27,392 nt of DNA from a virus (IMGVR_UViG_3300017902_000283:1-27392); one strand, 5' to 3'; counted from the first letter of the stretch, positions 6,407 through 15,534 are shown. Notes: generated from the sequence alone by a model not told the origin. Translations and numbers: made by a program.

Positions 6407-9400
6407 CAGTATCCTCCTCCATAGCCACCGCCACCGCTGGATCCTCCGCCCCCACTTGATCCACCAGACCCGCCACCACTAGGAGGAGTAGGAGGAGGAG
6501 TAGGAGGCTGTTGTTGAGGAGCTGGACTACTGGTTTCCGTAGTCGAAGTAGTCGTTTGTGTTGTTGTTGGCGTAGTTGTTGTAGTTGAAGCAGTATCACT
6601 TGTGTTAGTTTCACTTGCATCAGTGGGTTCGGAAACATCTGTCTGTTGAATTTGTGGGTCAGTTGTTGTGGATTGAGTGTAAGTTATCGGTGCTGCCTTT
6701 CCTAGACTCTCTTCCTTTGTATTGTATATTATACTATGTGTTGTGGGTACATGTACAGCTCCTACCATCTTACGTCCTGTAGTTGGGTGAACATGGAAAG
6801 GCCCGTAATATGGATTACCATTTACCCAACCAACTTGTGTCTTAGGTAAACTATACACACAGTCTACCACATTTACTACAAGCATGCCAGGGCCTGGTCT
6901 TTCTCCAATATCTGCCACAAAGTCTGGGCTGTATGATACTACAGGTATTAGTCTTGCCCCGACTCCTGTTTTTGTATTTATTATGACTGGCGGAATCTTT
7001 TTATGTTTATCTTTACAGTTCATATTTTGAACTCCGACAATAGATCCAGCAGGGGTCAAGAGGAGATCAAAACTACACTGTCCAACCATACCACTATCTC
7101 CAGAAGTATATCCAATTCCAGGCTTCTGTGGGATTAGAGTTGTTACTATACCAACCGCTTCACTACCAATACCAGACACTCCTCTCGTTGTGAAGTTATA
7201 AGTATCTGTCTTAGAAATTCCAACAAATTCATTATCATTCAAGTCTAAGAAAGATCCTACCGACATCTGTATATGATATTCAGTATTGAATTTTAAATCT
7301 TTTGCTGGATCAACCTTGATAATTCTATCTGACAAAAATGATATTCTCTTATCTTGTATTGGTATGGTTTCATGTACCACATTACTAGCTGACTCAGTAA
7401 TACTGAGACTACCAGTTCCCTTAACTATCGCCTCATTGAAAGTGATAGAAAGAGATGTAGCAGTTTGAACTCCAACAGCGTCATCAGCAGGGGTCGTAAA
7501 TGTTATGAATGGATCTATGGTATCTAAGTTAGTTCCATCTGCACCTATTCCAGAAGTAACACCGATGCCAGGCCCCTCTGTAACAGGATACTTAGGAGGA
7601 ACTACGTTAGTTGATGGGCAATATCCTTCTCCAGGCGATATCATGTAGACATCAACCACTGATCCATTTGAATCTATTACTGTTTGTGCTTTCGCTCCAC
7701 CTCCATTATGTGTTTTATCAATGATACTGACTATTGGAGGCACAGTGTATCCAAATCCTTTCTCTATTATCTGTAGTGTTAATATACTTCCATCTACTGC
7801 CGATACAATGGGGATCATTGCAGCAGTTTTAGTTCCGTTGCCATATACTTCTACCTTTGGAGGTATGCAATCTGGCCACACAAAACCAGGCGGAACACTA
7901 TCTGATAGATCGTCCTGATTCTTTGGATTATTTGTTGTATCATTACAATTAAATAATGCTGGTACACCACCACCCAATAAACTTAAGAATGAGAATTTCT
8001 TTGGCGATGTAAGTAAGTTGATATTAGCTAAACCTAGAGTTTGATCTGCAACTTCTAAAGAAGAAAGTAATTTAGAATTATCAATCATTGATTTGAAGCT
8101 GAGTTCTGGTTTCTTTCTCATTCCTCCAGATTGTGTCCAATCTTTATACTCTTTACACTGTAGAGAATCACATTCTAAGAAAGACATCACAGTATCTGTG
8201 TAACTGCCAACCTTGTCTAATAAACTTCCAATATCACCCACTGATCCTGTTAACCAATCCAATCCCTGTGTAATTGGTTCTAATCCTTTCTTGATACCAT
8301 CATTGATTCCAGCCATCAATGCTCCTATAGCCTGTTCGATGGCACAAGCAGTTCCGTTCAAAGCATTTCCCACCATTTCTTTGAACATATCTCTTATCTC
8401 ACCAAGAAGATCTCTTCCCAATTTATTGAAAACACAAAATATAATATCTGTTATCCTTTTAAATGCTGCAACGATAGGAGTTTTCTCTGCCTCTGTTACA
8501 TATAATCCAATAAAGTCTCTGTATCTCTTAGATAAAAATGCGGTTATCTTATCTCTTAGCACAGTGATGATCTTTTTCATCGCACCGTTTGCTAATTTAG
8601 TAGACCTCTCAATCTCTTTGTCTATATCTACGAGAAGATTCCTAGAAGTATCTACATACTGACCAGCATATTCTGTGAGTGAGTTAATTGTCTTTAGAAA
8701 ACTTCCAACAGTATGTGTAACATCACTGAGAGCATCATTGTCACAACCGTTGGTCATGGTAACTGTTTCAGATGCACCTCTATTAGCAAAAGCACCCTCA
8801 ACTTTTTGTGCTTTACTTACACCCTCTGTTGCTAATGCATCAACTTTCTTTCCAGATGGAGTTTCTTTTTCTTTAAACTCACCAACTTTATTCTCTGCAT
8901 TATTTGATGGTGTTGCACCACCTTCCTTATCCTCTTCCAGTGGTAAACTGGTAGGGCCTTCTACGCCTGCCTCTCTACCAGAGAGAACAGCAAATACGTT
9001 CTCTCTTTCTACATCATCATTATATGATCCAGTATTCTTGGGGCCTAGTGAGTTAACATTTCTCGCTAAAGCACCGAAGATGACAGGTTGTTGTCCTTCT
9101 TCTCCATCTAAAAAGAATCCAAAGACAGTTTCTCCTCCCACCATTCTAGAACTGTTACCCATGTTGGATTGACCAGCTCCAGATGTTGCATCTACAAGAA
9201 CATGAGCCCACGGCAAATCATCATCGGATAATATGGTGTCATCAAATGGATGATATCCGATTATTCTAACTTTGCACCTAAATGCCCATCCAGCATCCGT
9301 ATCAGTGGCTTCATTTCGCCAAACACTTGGGTTAGCTACTCTGCCGATCCACCATATGAATCCATCTCGGCCAACAAAGTTGGTCTTTAGTAGGGCACTG

Positions 9401-9408
9401 TCTAGCAT
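6406..9408 (-). CDS. gp5: Baseplate hub/central spike protein, T4 gp5-like
   Basis: N-terminal gp5 OB-fold motifs FIWWIG.V, RCKVRIIGYH, LPWA and GETVFGFFLDG...QQPVIFG. No lysozyme domain recognised. Confidence 0.85.
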   Translation of the reverse strand: MLDSALLKTNFVGRDGFIWWIGRVANPSVWRNEATDTDAGWAFRCKVRIIGYHPFDDTILSDDDLPWAHVLVDATSGAGQSNMGNSSRMVGGETVFGFFLDGEEGQQPVIFGALARNVNSLGPKNTGSYNDDVERENVFAVLSGREAGVEGPTSLPLEEDKEGGATPSNNAENKVGEFKEKETPSGKKVDALATEGVSKAQKVEGAFANRGASETVTMTNGCDNDALSDVTHTVGSFLKTINSLTEYAGQYVDTSRNLLVDIDKEIERSTKLANGAMKKIITVLRDKITAFLSKRYRDFIGLYVTEAEKTPIVAAFKRITDIIFCVFNKLGRDLLGEIRDMFKEMVGNALNGTACAIEQAIGALMAGINDGIKKGLEPITQGLDWLTGSVGDIGSLLDKVGSYTDTVMSFLECDSLQCKEYKDWTQSGGMRKKPELSFKSMIDNSKLLSSLEVADQTLGLANINLLTSPKKFSFLSLLGGGVPALFNCNDTTNNPKNQDDLSDSVPPGFVWPDCIPPKVEVYGNGTKTAAMIPIVSAVDGSILTLQIIEKGFGYTVPPIVSIIDKTHNGGGAKAQTVIDSNGSVVDVYMISPGEGYCPSTNVVPPKYPVTEGPGIGVTSGIGADGTNLDTIDPFITFTTPADDAVGVQTATSLSITFNEAIVKGTGSLSITESASNVVHETIPIQDKRISFLSDRIIKVDPAKDLKFNTEYHIQMSVGSFLDLNDNEFVGISKTDTYNFTTRGVSGIGSEAVGIVTTLIPQKPGIGYTSGDSGMVGQCSFDLLLTPAGSIVGVQNMNCKDKHKKIPPVIINTKTGVGARLIPVVSYSPDFVADIGERPGPGMLVVNVVDCVYSLPKTQVGWVNGNPYYGPFHVHPTTGRKMVGAVHVPTTHSIIYNTKEESLGKAAPITYTQSTTTDPQIQQTDVSEPTDASETNTSDTASTTTTTPTTTQTTTSTTETSSPAPQQQPPTPPPTPPSGGGSGGSSGGGGSSGGGGYGGGY
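6409..6680 (-). repeat. Low-complexity coding tract (Thr-rich, PPT repeats, Gly/Ser-rich, GGGY x2)
   Basis: Seen directly in the gp5 C-terminal translation. Confidence 0.8.
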
Positions 9409-9635
9409 TAGTCGTCATAAACGAGACACTCTGGTTCGTCAGGGTGCATATCACAGAATAGTTCTAGAGCGTTAGGATCATGGTGATCTCCCGCTTCAAT
9501 CTCTTCTTTGTGATGTTCGGCGTATGTTTCTAATTCCTCTAGTTCTACTTTAGCGTGTCTGCGTGCTGCAGGGCTTGATAGAGGATCTTCTGCGATTTTT
9601 CTGTCTTTTTCGATGTGTTGTTCTATACTTTCCAT
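9408..9635 (-). CDS. cp12: CP12 Calvin-cycle inhibitor (auxiliary metabolic gene)
   Basis: The C-terminus LELFCDMHPDEPECLVYDD is the CP12 signature. GGAG SD upstream. Confidence 0.95.
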   Translation of the reverse strand: MESIEQHIEKDRKIAEDPLSSPAARRHAKVELEELETYAEHHKEEIEAGDHHDPNALELFCDMHPDEPECLVYDD

Positions 9636-9644
9636 AGGTTCTCC

Positions 9645-11042
9645 TTATGTGAGTCCATACGAATCTCTAATGAGATTCAATGCGGTGACATTTTTTCCAT
9701 CTGATATTTCAAAATGGTGTCTCAAGCTACGAATCAAATAATATCCACTTAGTTCTTGATCCAGATCTTTGTTTTCTGTATCATTAGGCCCTGATTCAGG
9801 AACCTGAACTTTAATAATATCTCCAGCCCGTAGGTTTATATTACATGGTACTGATATATTTAGGGACTGTTGGAAGAGCAATGTATAGCGAGAGAACGCT
9901 TTTGCCATATCAGAGTCTGACCTACCAGACCCTTCTACGTTGTCATCTTGGTTAGTTTCTAGTGTTGGAGCTAACATACCCTTATCACCTATTCTTACCA
10001 AAACTCGTGAAGCCGCTTCACTGACATCCCCTGCTGGGATTGGAACGTCCTTACCCGCTACTTTTACTCCATCCTTCTCTAATTCATCCTTCAATTTATG
10101 AGGGATAGCTTTCGTACTCCAGTCTAACGGATTATAGAAATATGTCAAGTTGGAGTATAATCCGACCCTTAAATTTTTCTGTAGATTCGTAGATTTATCT
10201 GTGTAATGATGAATTATTCTATAATTATTTTCTGGTTTCTCTTCTGACTCTATGAAAGTAGAGAAGGTATATGTCTCTGCTACCCTTTCATCTTTTTTCT
10301 TTGTTTCTTTCTTTGAAGCACCAATGTCACCTGTCTGTGATATCAAACCATCAACTGACTTGAACTTAAAACCATCATAAGTTTCATAGAAGAAAAATCC
10401 AGAAGTACCACCTACGCTACCTGTTTGTAACGGTTGTGCTTTAGGGCATAACCAAGTCAAAATATAAAATGGTTTTCTATTGTTACCTATAAATTCATAC
10501 GGAGTGATACTATCTTCTATCTCTGCTCTTTCCTCTAACTCTTCTTTCTTTATATTAAATATTTTTGGATCTGTGAGAATATCTCTGATGTGAGAACTTA
10601 TGTTGGATTTTTTATATTTCTTCTGGCACCTAGTAGTTTCATTCATTAAGTTCTCTAAGGAAGTACATTTCAAGGTAAATGTTTCTTGGCCTTCGTTCTT
10701 AGATACATCTAAGATGCTAGTAACATATAAAGGATTATTAAACTTTCCTTCCTGATCACCAAATATTAAGTCACCAAAGTCGGTTCCAACAGTCAGATCT
10801 AATCTCTCATATCCTCTTACTGGTAATCTGCTGAGTAAATTAGTGGTATCTGAACAATTCACATAACAGGTATAAGATGGCGATAGAACATCTTCAAAGT
10901 AATCAATGGTAATTACATTTTGGGAAATACTCTCAGCATTTAATTGTTCATTATTTGGATCTCTCTTGTCGCCTCCAAATTGAATATCCTCATCTACAGT
11001 GAGATTTGCTTTCTTGACAATAATTTTATTAAGACTTGACAT
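9645..11042 (-). CDS. Putative baseplate hub/tail protein (gp27-like position)
   Basis: Motifs IDYFEDVLSP, GFFFYETYDGFKFKSVD, LRAGDII and SGYYLI..LRH.F are typical of contractile-tail hub proteins. Sits between the tape-measure-like genes and gp5. Confidence 0.65.
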   Translation of the reverse strand: MSSLNKIIVKKANLTVDEDIQFGGDKRDPNNEQLNAESISQNVITIDYFEDVLSPSYTCYVNCSDTTNLLSRLPVRGYERLDLTVGTDFGDLIFGDQEGKFNNPLYVTSILDVSKNEGQETFTLKCTSLENLMNETTRCQKKYKKSNISSHIRDILTDPKIFNIKKEELEERAEIEDSITPYEFIGNNRKPFYILTWLCPKAQPLQTGSVGGTSGFFFYETYDGFKFKSVDGLISQTGDIGASKKETKKKDERVAETYTFSTFIESEEKPENNYRIIHHYTDKSTNLQKNLRVGLYSNLTYFYNPLDWSTKAIPHKLKDELEKDGVKVAGKDVPIPAGDVSEAASRVLVRIGDKGMLAPTLETNQDDNVEGSGRSDSDMAKAFSRYTLLFQQSLNISVPCNINLRAGDIIKVQVPESGPNDTENKDLDQELSGYYLIRSLRHHFEISDGKNVTALNLIRDSYGLT

Positions 11043-12871
11043 TATGAGGCCCCCAATTCGTTAAAAAGGAATGTTGAAAATACTTCATTCTCTGAAGCTC
11101 CAACAGGAACTACTGTTGGTGCTGATGGAAGTGGTCGATTGTTACTAGATTTTTGAGGTATTGCTCCGCCACCGCCACCGACTAACATATCACCTCCTCC
11201 ACCACCATCTTGATATGATCCACCTTCAGAATACTCTGGATAGTGATTCATATTAGCATAAAACTCACCTCTTGAATTTGGCATCCACAATCCACCCTCT
11301 GCAAATCCAGCACCCACAACTCGAACATTATAACCATGTTCTTTCCTGTCAAGTTTCCTTGCAATCTCCTTCTTCTCATATGTAGCTTTCGCTGCATCAC
11401 TTCTATTGAGAATGTCTATGTATTCTTGTAGCGGCATGTTCACTGTACCATTTATAACATCAATGAAAGTCTTTTTCTCATATCCCTTCACTTTTCTGAT
11501 CTCTTCCATCAATTGTTCTTGATGCTCTTTTAAATCTTCTATTGCAATATTAGCTATTTTTTCTTGGAAAGTTGATGTTTCTTCAAACGTACTATCCTCA
11601 AATTTCTTGAGAACTTTTGTTGTTGTTTCCATAGAGTATCCATAGTAACCATCTTCACCCATTTTTTCTTTCTCTTTAAATTTTTCAAACTCTTTACCTA
11701 TCTTCTGATTTAGTTTGCTGTTATAAGTTGTCTTAGTTTTAGTAAGTAACTTAGTGTTAGAAACAAGTAAAGATGGTGGAGATACTTCACCCATTCGGTA
11801 TCCTGGCTTACCTGTGAATTGAACTAACTTAAATCCATCTTTATCAAACTGACCGCCTGAAGAAAAAAACTTTTTAGAATTTAGTTTACCACCAGTAGAG
11901 AATCCCATGTTCTTAGCTTCTCTCATTCTTCTACCAGTTAGACTAGGATCTTTTCTTGTAGCAGGGGTATCAAATGGAACAATAAATGCACTACCAGCAG
12001 GGCCTTTACTGACATATTCTTTACCATGACCTATGAAATCTATACCTTTACCATCTAGTGATACTGGGTATCCTGATTGAGGCCCTTCAATCCATCCACC
12101 CTCTGCCATCTCTGGAGTGAGTTCACCCTTAACTTCCATGCTACCAGTTTCTTGTTCAACTGTTGGTTCTGACTTCACATTCATCGCACCTTCTACATTC
12201 TCCTGTTCCGCTGGATTTTGAACCAACTGTGTAAATCTAGATTTCAGTCCATCTACTAATGAAGAAAATCTATTGAGTTGTTCTTCCTTTATATCTCCTG
12301 TTACTTCCTCTTTCTCTGCTTCTTCCTCTACAGGCTCCTCTGGTTCTGCTTCTTTTTCTTCTTTTTTCTCGTCTCTCTCTTCTTTCTCCTTACTTTCTTC
12401 TTCTTTCCTTTCATCAGTCTTAACTTCTTTGAGTTGTTCTAAATCACCCTTACTTATTTCTTTACCTGTCTTTACAGTCTCTTCTACATTTTTGAGAGCC
12501 TCTGTCTTCTTTTGTTCCTCTTCTTTTATCTGTTGTTCTTGAACTTTTTCATCTCCAGCAAACCGATCATCAGTAGGCAAATCTTCAGCCTTTGTTTTAT
12601 TTCCCTTAGAAAGTAACATAGGAAGCATCATCATGGCACCTACAGCACCTAAGATCATTTTACCGCCGCCACCGCCGCCTTTCTTCTCACTCTTGAATTT
12701 GTTTATAAAGTTCTCTGCTTTTGTGAAGTCCGACTTGCCTGGAAGGTCAGATCCTATTTTATTTCCAGCACTGTTTAAGAATCTAGCAAACTTCTTGATA
12801 CTACTCTCAGCAGTATCAACAGACTTCTGTGCTTTTTGATTAACTTTTAGAGTAGATATAGAAGTCTTCAT
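11042..12871 (-). CDS. Tape-measure-like / baseplate hub protein (gp29-like position)
   Basis: 609 aa, charged and helical, with a poly-Gly stretch followed by a hydrophobic segment and repeated [FMY]-[AS]-x-GG motifs. Supported by synteny. Confidence 0.55.
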   Translation of the reverse strand: MKTSISTLKVNQKAQKSVDTAESSIKKFARFLNSAGNKIGSDLPGKSDFTKAENFINKFKSEKKGGGGGGKMILGAVGAMMMLPMLLSKGNKTKAEDLPTDDRFAGDEKVQEQQIKEEEQKKTEALKNVEETVKTGKEISKGDLEQLKEVKTDERKEEESKEKEERDEKKEEKEAEPEEPVEEEAEKEEVTGDIKEEQLNRFSSLVDGLKSRFTQLVQNPAEQENVEGAMNVKSEPTVEQETGSMEVKGELTPEMAEGGWIEGPQSGYPVSLDGKGIDFIGHGKEYVSKGPAGSAFIVPFDTPATRKDPSLTGRRMREAKNMGFSTGGKLNSKKFFSSGGQFDKDGFKLVQFTGKPGYRMGEVSPPSLLVSNTKLLTKTKTTYNSKLNQKIGKEFEKFKEKEKMGEDGYYGYSMETTTKVLKKFEDSTFEETSTFQEKIANIAIEDLKEHQEQLMEEIRKVKGYEKKTFIDVINGTVNMPLQEYIDILNRSDAAKATYEKKEIARKLDRKEHGYNVRVVGAGFAEGGLWMPNSRGEFYANMNHYPEYSEGGSYQDGGGGGDMLVGGGGGAIPQKSSNNRPLPSAPTVVPVGASENEVFSTFLFNELGAS

Positions 12872-14628
12872 AAGGCATCCACTATATTAAACACAGACTT
12901 AGCATGTAGAACATGCATATTTGACTTATCAATAGCCATTAAAGCTGGAATTTGGTTCTGTGGTTTTACAAACTCTCTATCCATACTAGGGCGGTTAGCC
13001 CTCTGTGCTTGTGCTGCTTTTTTATTTGCACCAGCCAGGTTGGCAAGAGAACCTTGACCGCCTCCACCAGTGCCTCCACCAGTACCTCCACTACCACCCT
13101 TTGCTGGTGTAGATATACCATCAGCGATATCTGATGCTGCATCTTTTTTCTTAGTGCTTGGTTTTACCGACTCTGCCTGTTGAATACTATCATTTGCAAA
13201 ACTAATTGGATCTTCTACTGGTTTACCTGGCTGTACCCTTTCTATTCCTCTTGACTTTTTACCTCCACTACCGCCTTTTTTAGGTGTTAGTGCCTTTTTT
13301 ACACCTCCAAGAAAATTACTGGCCTTGTCTTTGAGACCGCTAAAGGTATTCTTTATATTATTAAATATTTGACCAGGCTTTGACTTACCATCTTTACCAT
13401 CTTTACCATCCTTAGCTTCTTCTGCGAAGTCTGGATCATTCATAACTTTGTCAACATTTTTCTTAGTTCCCTCCATAGTTACTGTGCCTTCTGCTATGGG
13501 GATAAGTTCATCTATTTCTTTCTGTAGAGCTCTCATTCTGTCTCGTACTTCTTTCAACTTCGCCAGATTTTCTTCATCGTCAGGGTTCTTAGACAGAGCT
13601 CTCTTTATGAAACTTAGATCTCTGTCTAATTTACTGTGCTCATCAAATGCCTCAACGATTCTTCTAGTAGTTGGTGAATCATTACCTGATGTGATCTGGC
13701 CACGATCCATACTAATTTTTAAATCGTGTACTTTCTTGTCACCGTCATTGTCTGTAAATTTTTTAAATCTATAATCATCTGTAAATATACCTTTTTCAGT
13801 ATCCGTCACACTCTTTTTTCTTTGGACTCCTATTGATTTGAACCTCTTCACACTCTTTGGTGTAAAATCCAAAATACTAGAAAACTTATCCAATATATTT
13901 TTGAATATACCAGCATTACCCTTATCTTTCTTTACTTTTGCCTCTTCCTGTTTCTTCTCTAACTTCTTCTTCTTTCTATTTCTAATGAAGTCGAGTCCTT
14001 TCTTGACTAAATTCTTAGCACCCTCTCTTACTTTACCAGCTACTGCAACCTTTGCTACAACAGCAGTTCCAAGTGCAGCTGCACCAGCAATCGCAACTCC
14101 TTTAATTAACTTACCAAATATACCTCCACCACCACCTTTTTTAGGTTTAGCTGATGCAAGTTTCTTCACAAACTTACTTGCTACTTCAGTTGCCTTGCCA
14201 AGAAATTCTACAGTAGAATCAAATCTACCTTTCATACCATCAAGACTTGATCCAAACTGATTCAGTGAATTTAATCCACCATCAAATATTTTACCTAAAA
14301 ACTTACTAGGATCAAATGAATTTACTTTCTCTTCTATCTTATTTGATAACTTGGGTATCAGATTCTGAGTCTTCGCCTCTACAATCTTATTAATCTTCCT
14401 GATTCCACCCTGTTTCAGATCTGATGCTATCGGTTTTATCTTAGCAACAGACTTTTGAAGAAACTTTGAACCCTTTACCTGAGCTCCTTCTATCCCTTTT
14501 TTGGCACCTCTAATTGCTTTCTTACCAGCTATCGCAGTCTTTCTAACAACTTTAGACTTAGACACACGTTTGGCTGCACCTTTGGCGGCCTTACCTAGTG
14601 TTCCAAGTGTAGAGGTTAGTTTACCCAT
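12868..14628 (-). CDS. Tape-measure-like Lys-rich protein
   Basis: 586 aa with amphipathic helical composition and a poly-Gly plus hydrophobic segment. Immediately follows gp26/gp51. Confidence 0.55.
   Translation of the reverse strand: MGKLTSTLGTLGKAAKGAAKRVSKSKVVRKTAIAGKKAIRGAKKGIEGAQVKGSKFLQKSVAKIKPIASDLKQGGIRKINKIVEAKTQNLIPKLSNKIEEKVNSFDPSKFLGKIFDGGLNSLNQFGSSLDGMKGRFDSTVEFLGKATEVASKFVKKLASAKPKKGGGGGIFGKLIKGVAIAGAAALGTAVVAKVAVAGKVREGAKNLVKKGLDFIRNRKKKKLEKKQEEAKVKKDKGNAGIFKNILDKFSSILDFTPKSVKRFKSIGVQRKKSVTDTEKGIFTDDYRFKKFTDNDGDKKVHDLKISMDRGQITSGNDSPTTRRIVEAFDEHSKLDRDLSFIKRALSKNPDDEENLAKLKEVRDRMRALQKEIDELIPIAEGTVTMEGTKKNVDKVMNDPDFAEEAKDGKDGKDGKSKPGQIFNNIKNTFSGLKDKASNFLGGVKKALTPKKGGSGGKKSRGIERVQPGKPVEDPISFANDSIQQAESVKPSTKKKDAASDIADGISTPAKGGSGGTGGGTGGGGQGSLANLAGANKKAAQAQRANRPSMDREFVKPQNQIPALMAIDKSNMHVLHAKSVFNIVDAL
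13384..13413 (-). repeat. 9-bp tandem repeat x3 encoding KDGKDGKDGK
   Basis: The unit (c/t)ttaccatc repeats three times on the plus strand. Confidence 0.75.
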
Positions 14629-14812
14629 TTCGTGCCTGTGCTTCTCTTTGTCTTTGTTTTAGTTGTTCCTCTTCGATATGAAGTCTGAGTAGTCCAACAT
14701 AGATGTCTCGTTCCCAAGGCGGCATGTTCTCTATCTCCCATAGGGAATATTTATGGAACTGCATGAGGGCGAAATTGATGCGGAAGTATGTCTCAAGATC
14801 AATATGAGACAT
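14621..14812 (-). CDS. gp51: Baseplate hub assembly protein (usually annotated gp51 in cyanophages)
   Basis: Motif NFALMQFHKYSL.EIENM.PWERDIY; adjacent to gp26. Confidence 0.75.
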   Translation of the reverse strand: MSHIDLETYFRINFALMQFHKYSLWEIENMPPWERDIYVGLLRLHIEEEQLKQRQREAQARNG

Positions 14813-14814
14813 AC

Positions 14815-15534
14815 TTAGGCGAAAAAATCCGTTAGCCCCTCTAATACTATAGTGTTTTTCTTTTTAGTGTTTGGATTAACTACCTCTAGTGTATGTGTCA
14901 GTTTAGGCATGGTCTCAAAGAATTGTTCAATCTTTTGAAACTGTGCTGATGTCAATGATTCTACCCACTCTTTGAGTTCTTTCTTTGTACACTCAGATGC
15001 TGCAAACATATCCTTATCATTATAAACCATATCAATAGATGTCGCTATCATCTCAAATGATTTTTCTACAGCGTCCTCATCATCTTGACTGAAGTTAGTT
15101 TCTATGAACTGATTGAGAGATGGATACTTCATTTTTACAGAATAGCCATCTGATAGTTCAATATCTGGACTATGTTCATCGTTAGTAGATACTTCAATAT
15201 CATCAATAAGGACTGTGACAGGAACTTCTGTCTTGCCATCATCACCACATGTCACCATAAGTTCAATTGATTCACCAACAGATTTTCCACGAATATTCAA
15301 AAATAGATATTCAATATCAAAACTTGGTAGTTGATCGACTTTGATTCCCTTTGTTAAAACACATTCTTTTATAACTTGTCTAACAGCAGTGGTTATTTGT
15401 TTTTGATTTTCTGATTCTAGCGCAAGTATAAGAATCTTTTCTTCTCTTACCAAAAATGGTCTATATTTAATAGTTTTGCCATTTGATGGTAATGTCAATT
15501 CATACTCAGCCGTCGAAATTTTAGGTAAAGGCAT
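14815..15534 (-). CDS. gp26: Baseplate hub subunit/assembly chaperone, gp26-like
   Basis: MPLPKI...YELTLPS....KYRPFLVREEKIL, FDIEYLFLNIRGKSVGE and C-terminal LEGL.DFF. Confidence 0.85.
   Translation of the reverse strand: MPLPKISTAEYELTLPSNGKTIKYRPFLVREEKILILALESENQKQITTAVRQVIKECVLTKGIKVDQLPSFDIEYLFLNIRGKSVGESIELMVTCGDDGKTEVPVTVLIDDIEVSTNDEHSPDIELSDGYSVKMKYPSLNQFIETNFSQDDEDAVEKSFEMIATSIDMVYNDKDMFAASECTKKELKEWVESLTSAQFQKIEQFFETMPKLTHTLEVVNPNTKKKNTIVLEGLTDFFA
14821..14827 (-). other. Candidate -1 ribosomal slippery heptamer T TTT TTC
   Basis: X XXY YYZ pattern in the correct phase, one sense codon before the gp26 stop. The -1 frame reads CGC CTA AGT ATG into gp51. Confidence 0.55.

Noticed and set aside
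6399-6638. 79-aa alternative-frame ORF with poly-Leu
   Set aside because: It is a by-product of the low-complexity gp5 tail read in another frame.
8213-9172. Long plus-strand ORFs (149 and 165 aa) opposite gp5
   Set aside because: Antisense shadows of a well-supported gene, with no motifs or SD.
12273-14260. Ser/Phe-rich plus-strand ORFs
   Set aside because: Antisense translation of Glu/Lys-rich codons in the tape-measure-like genes.
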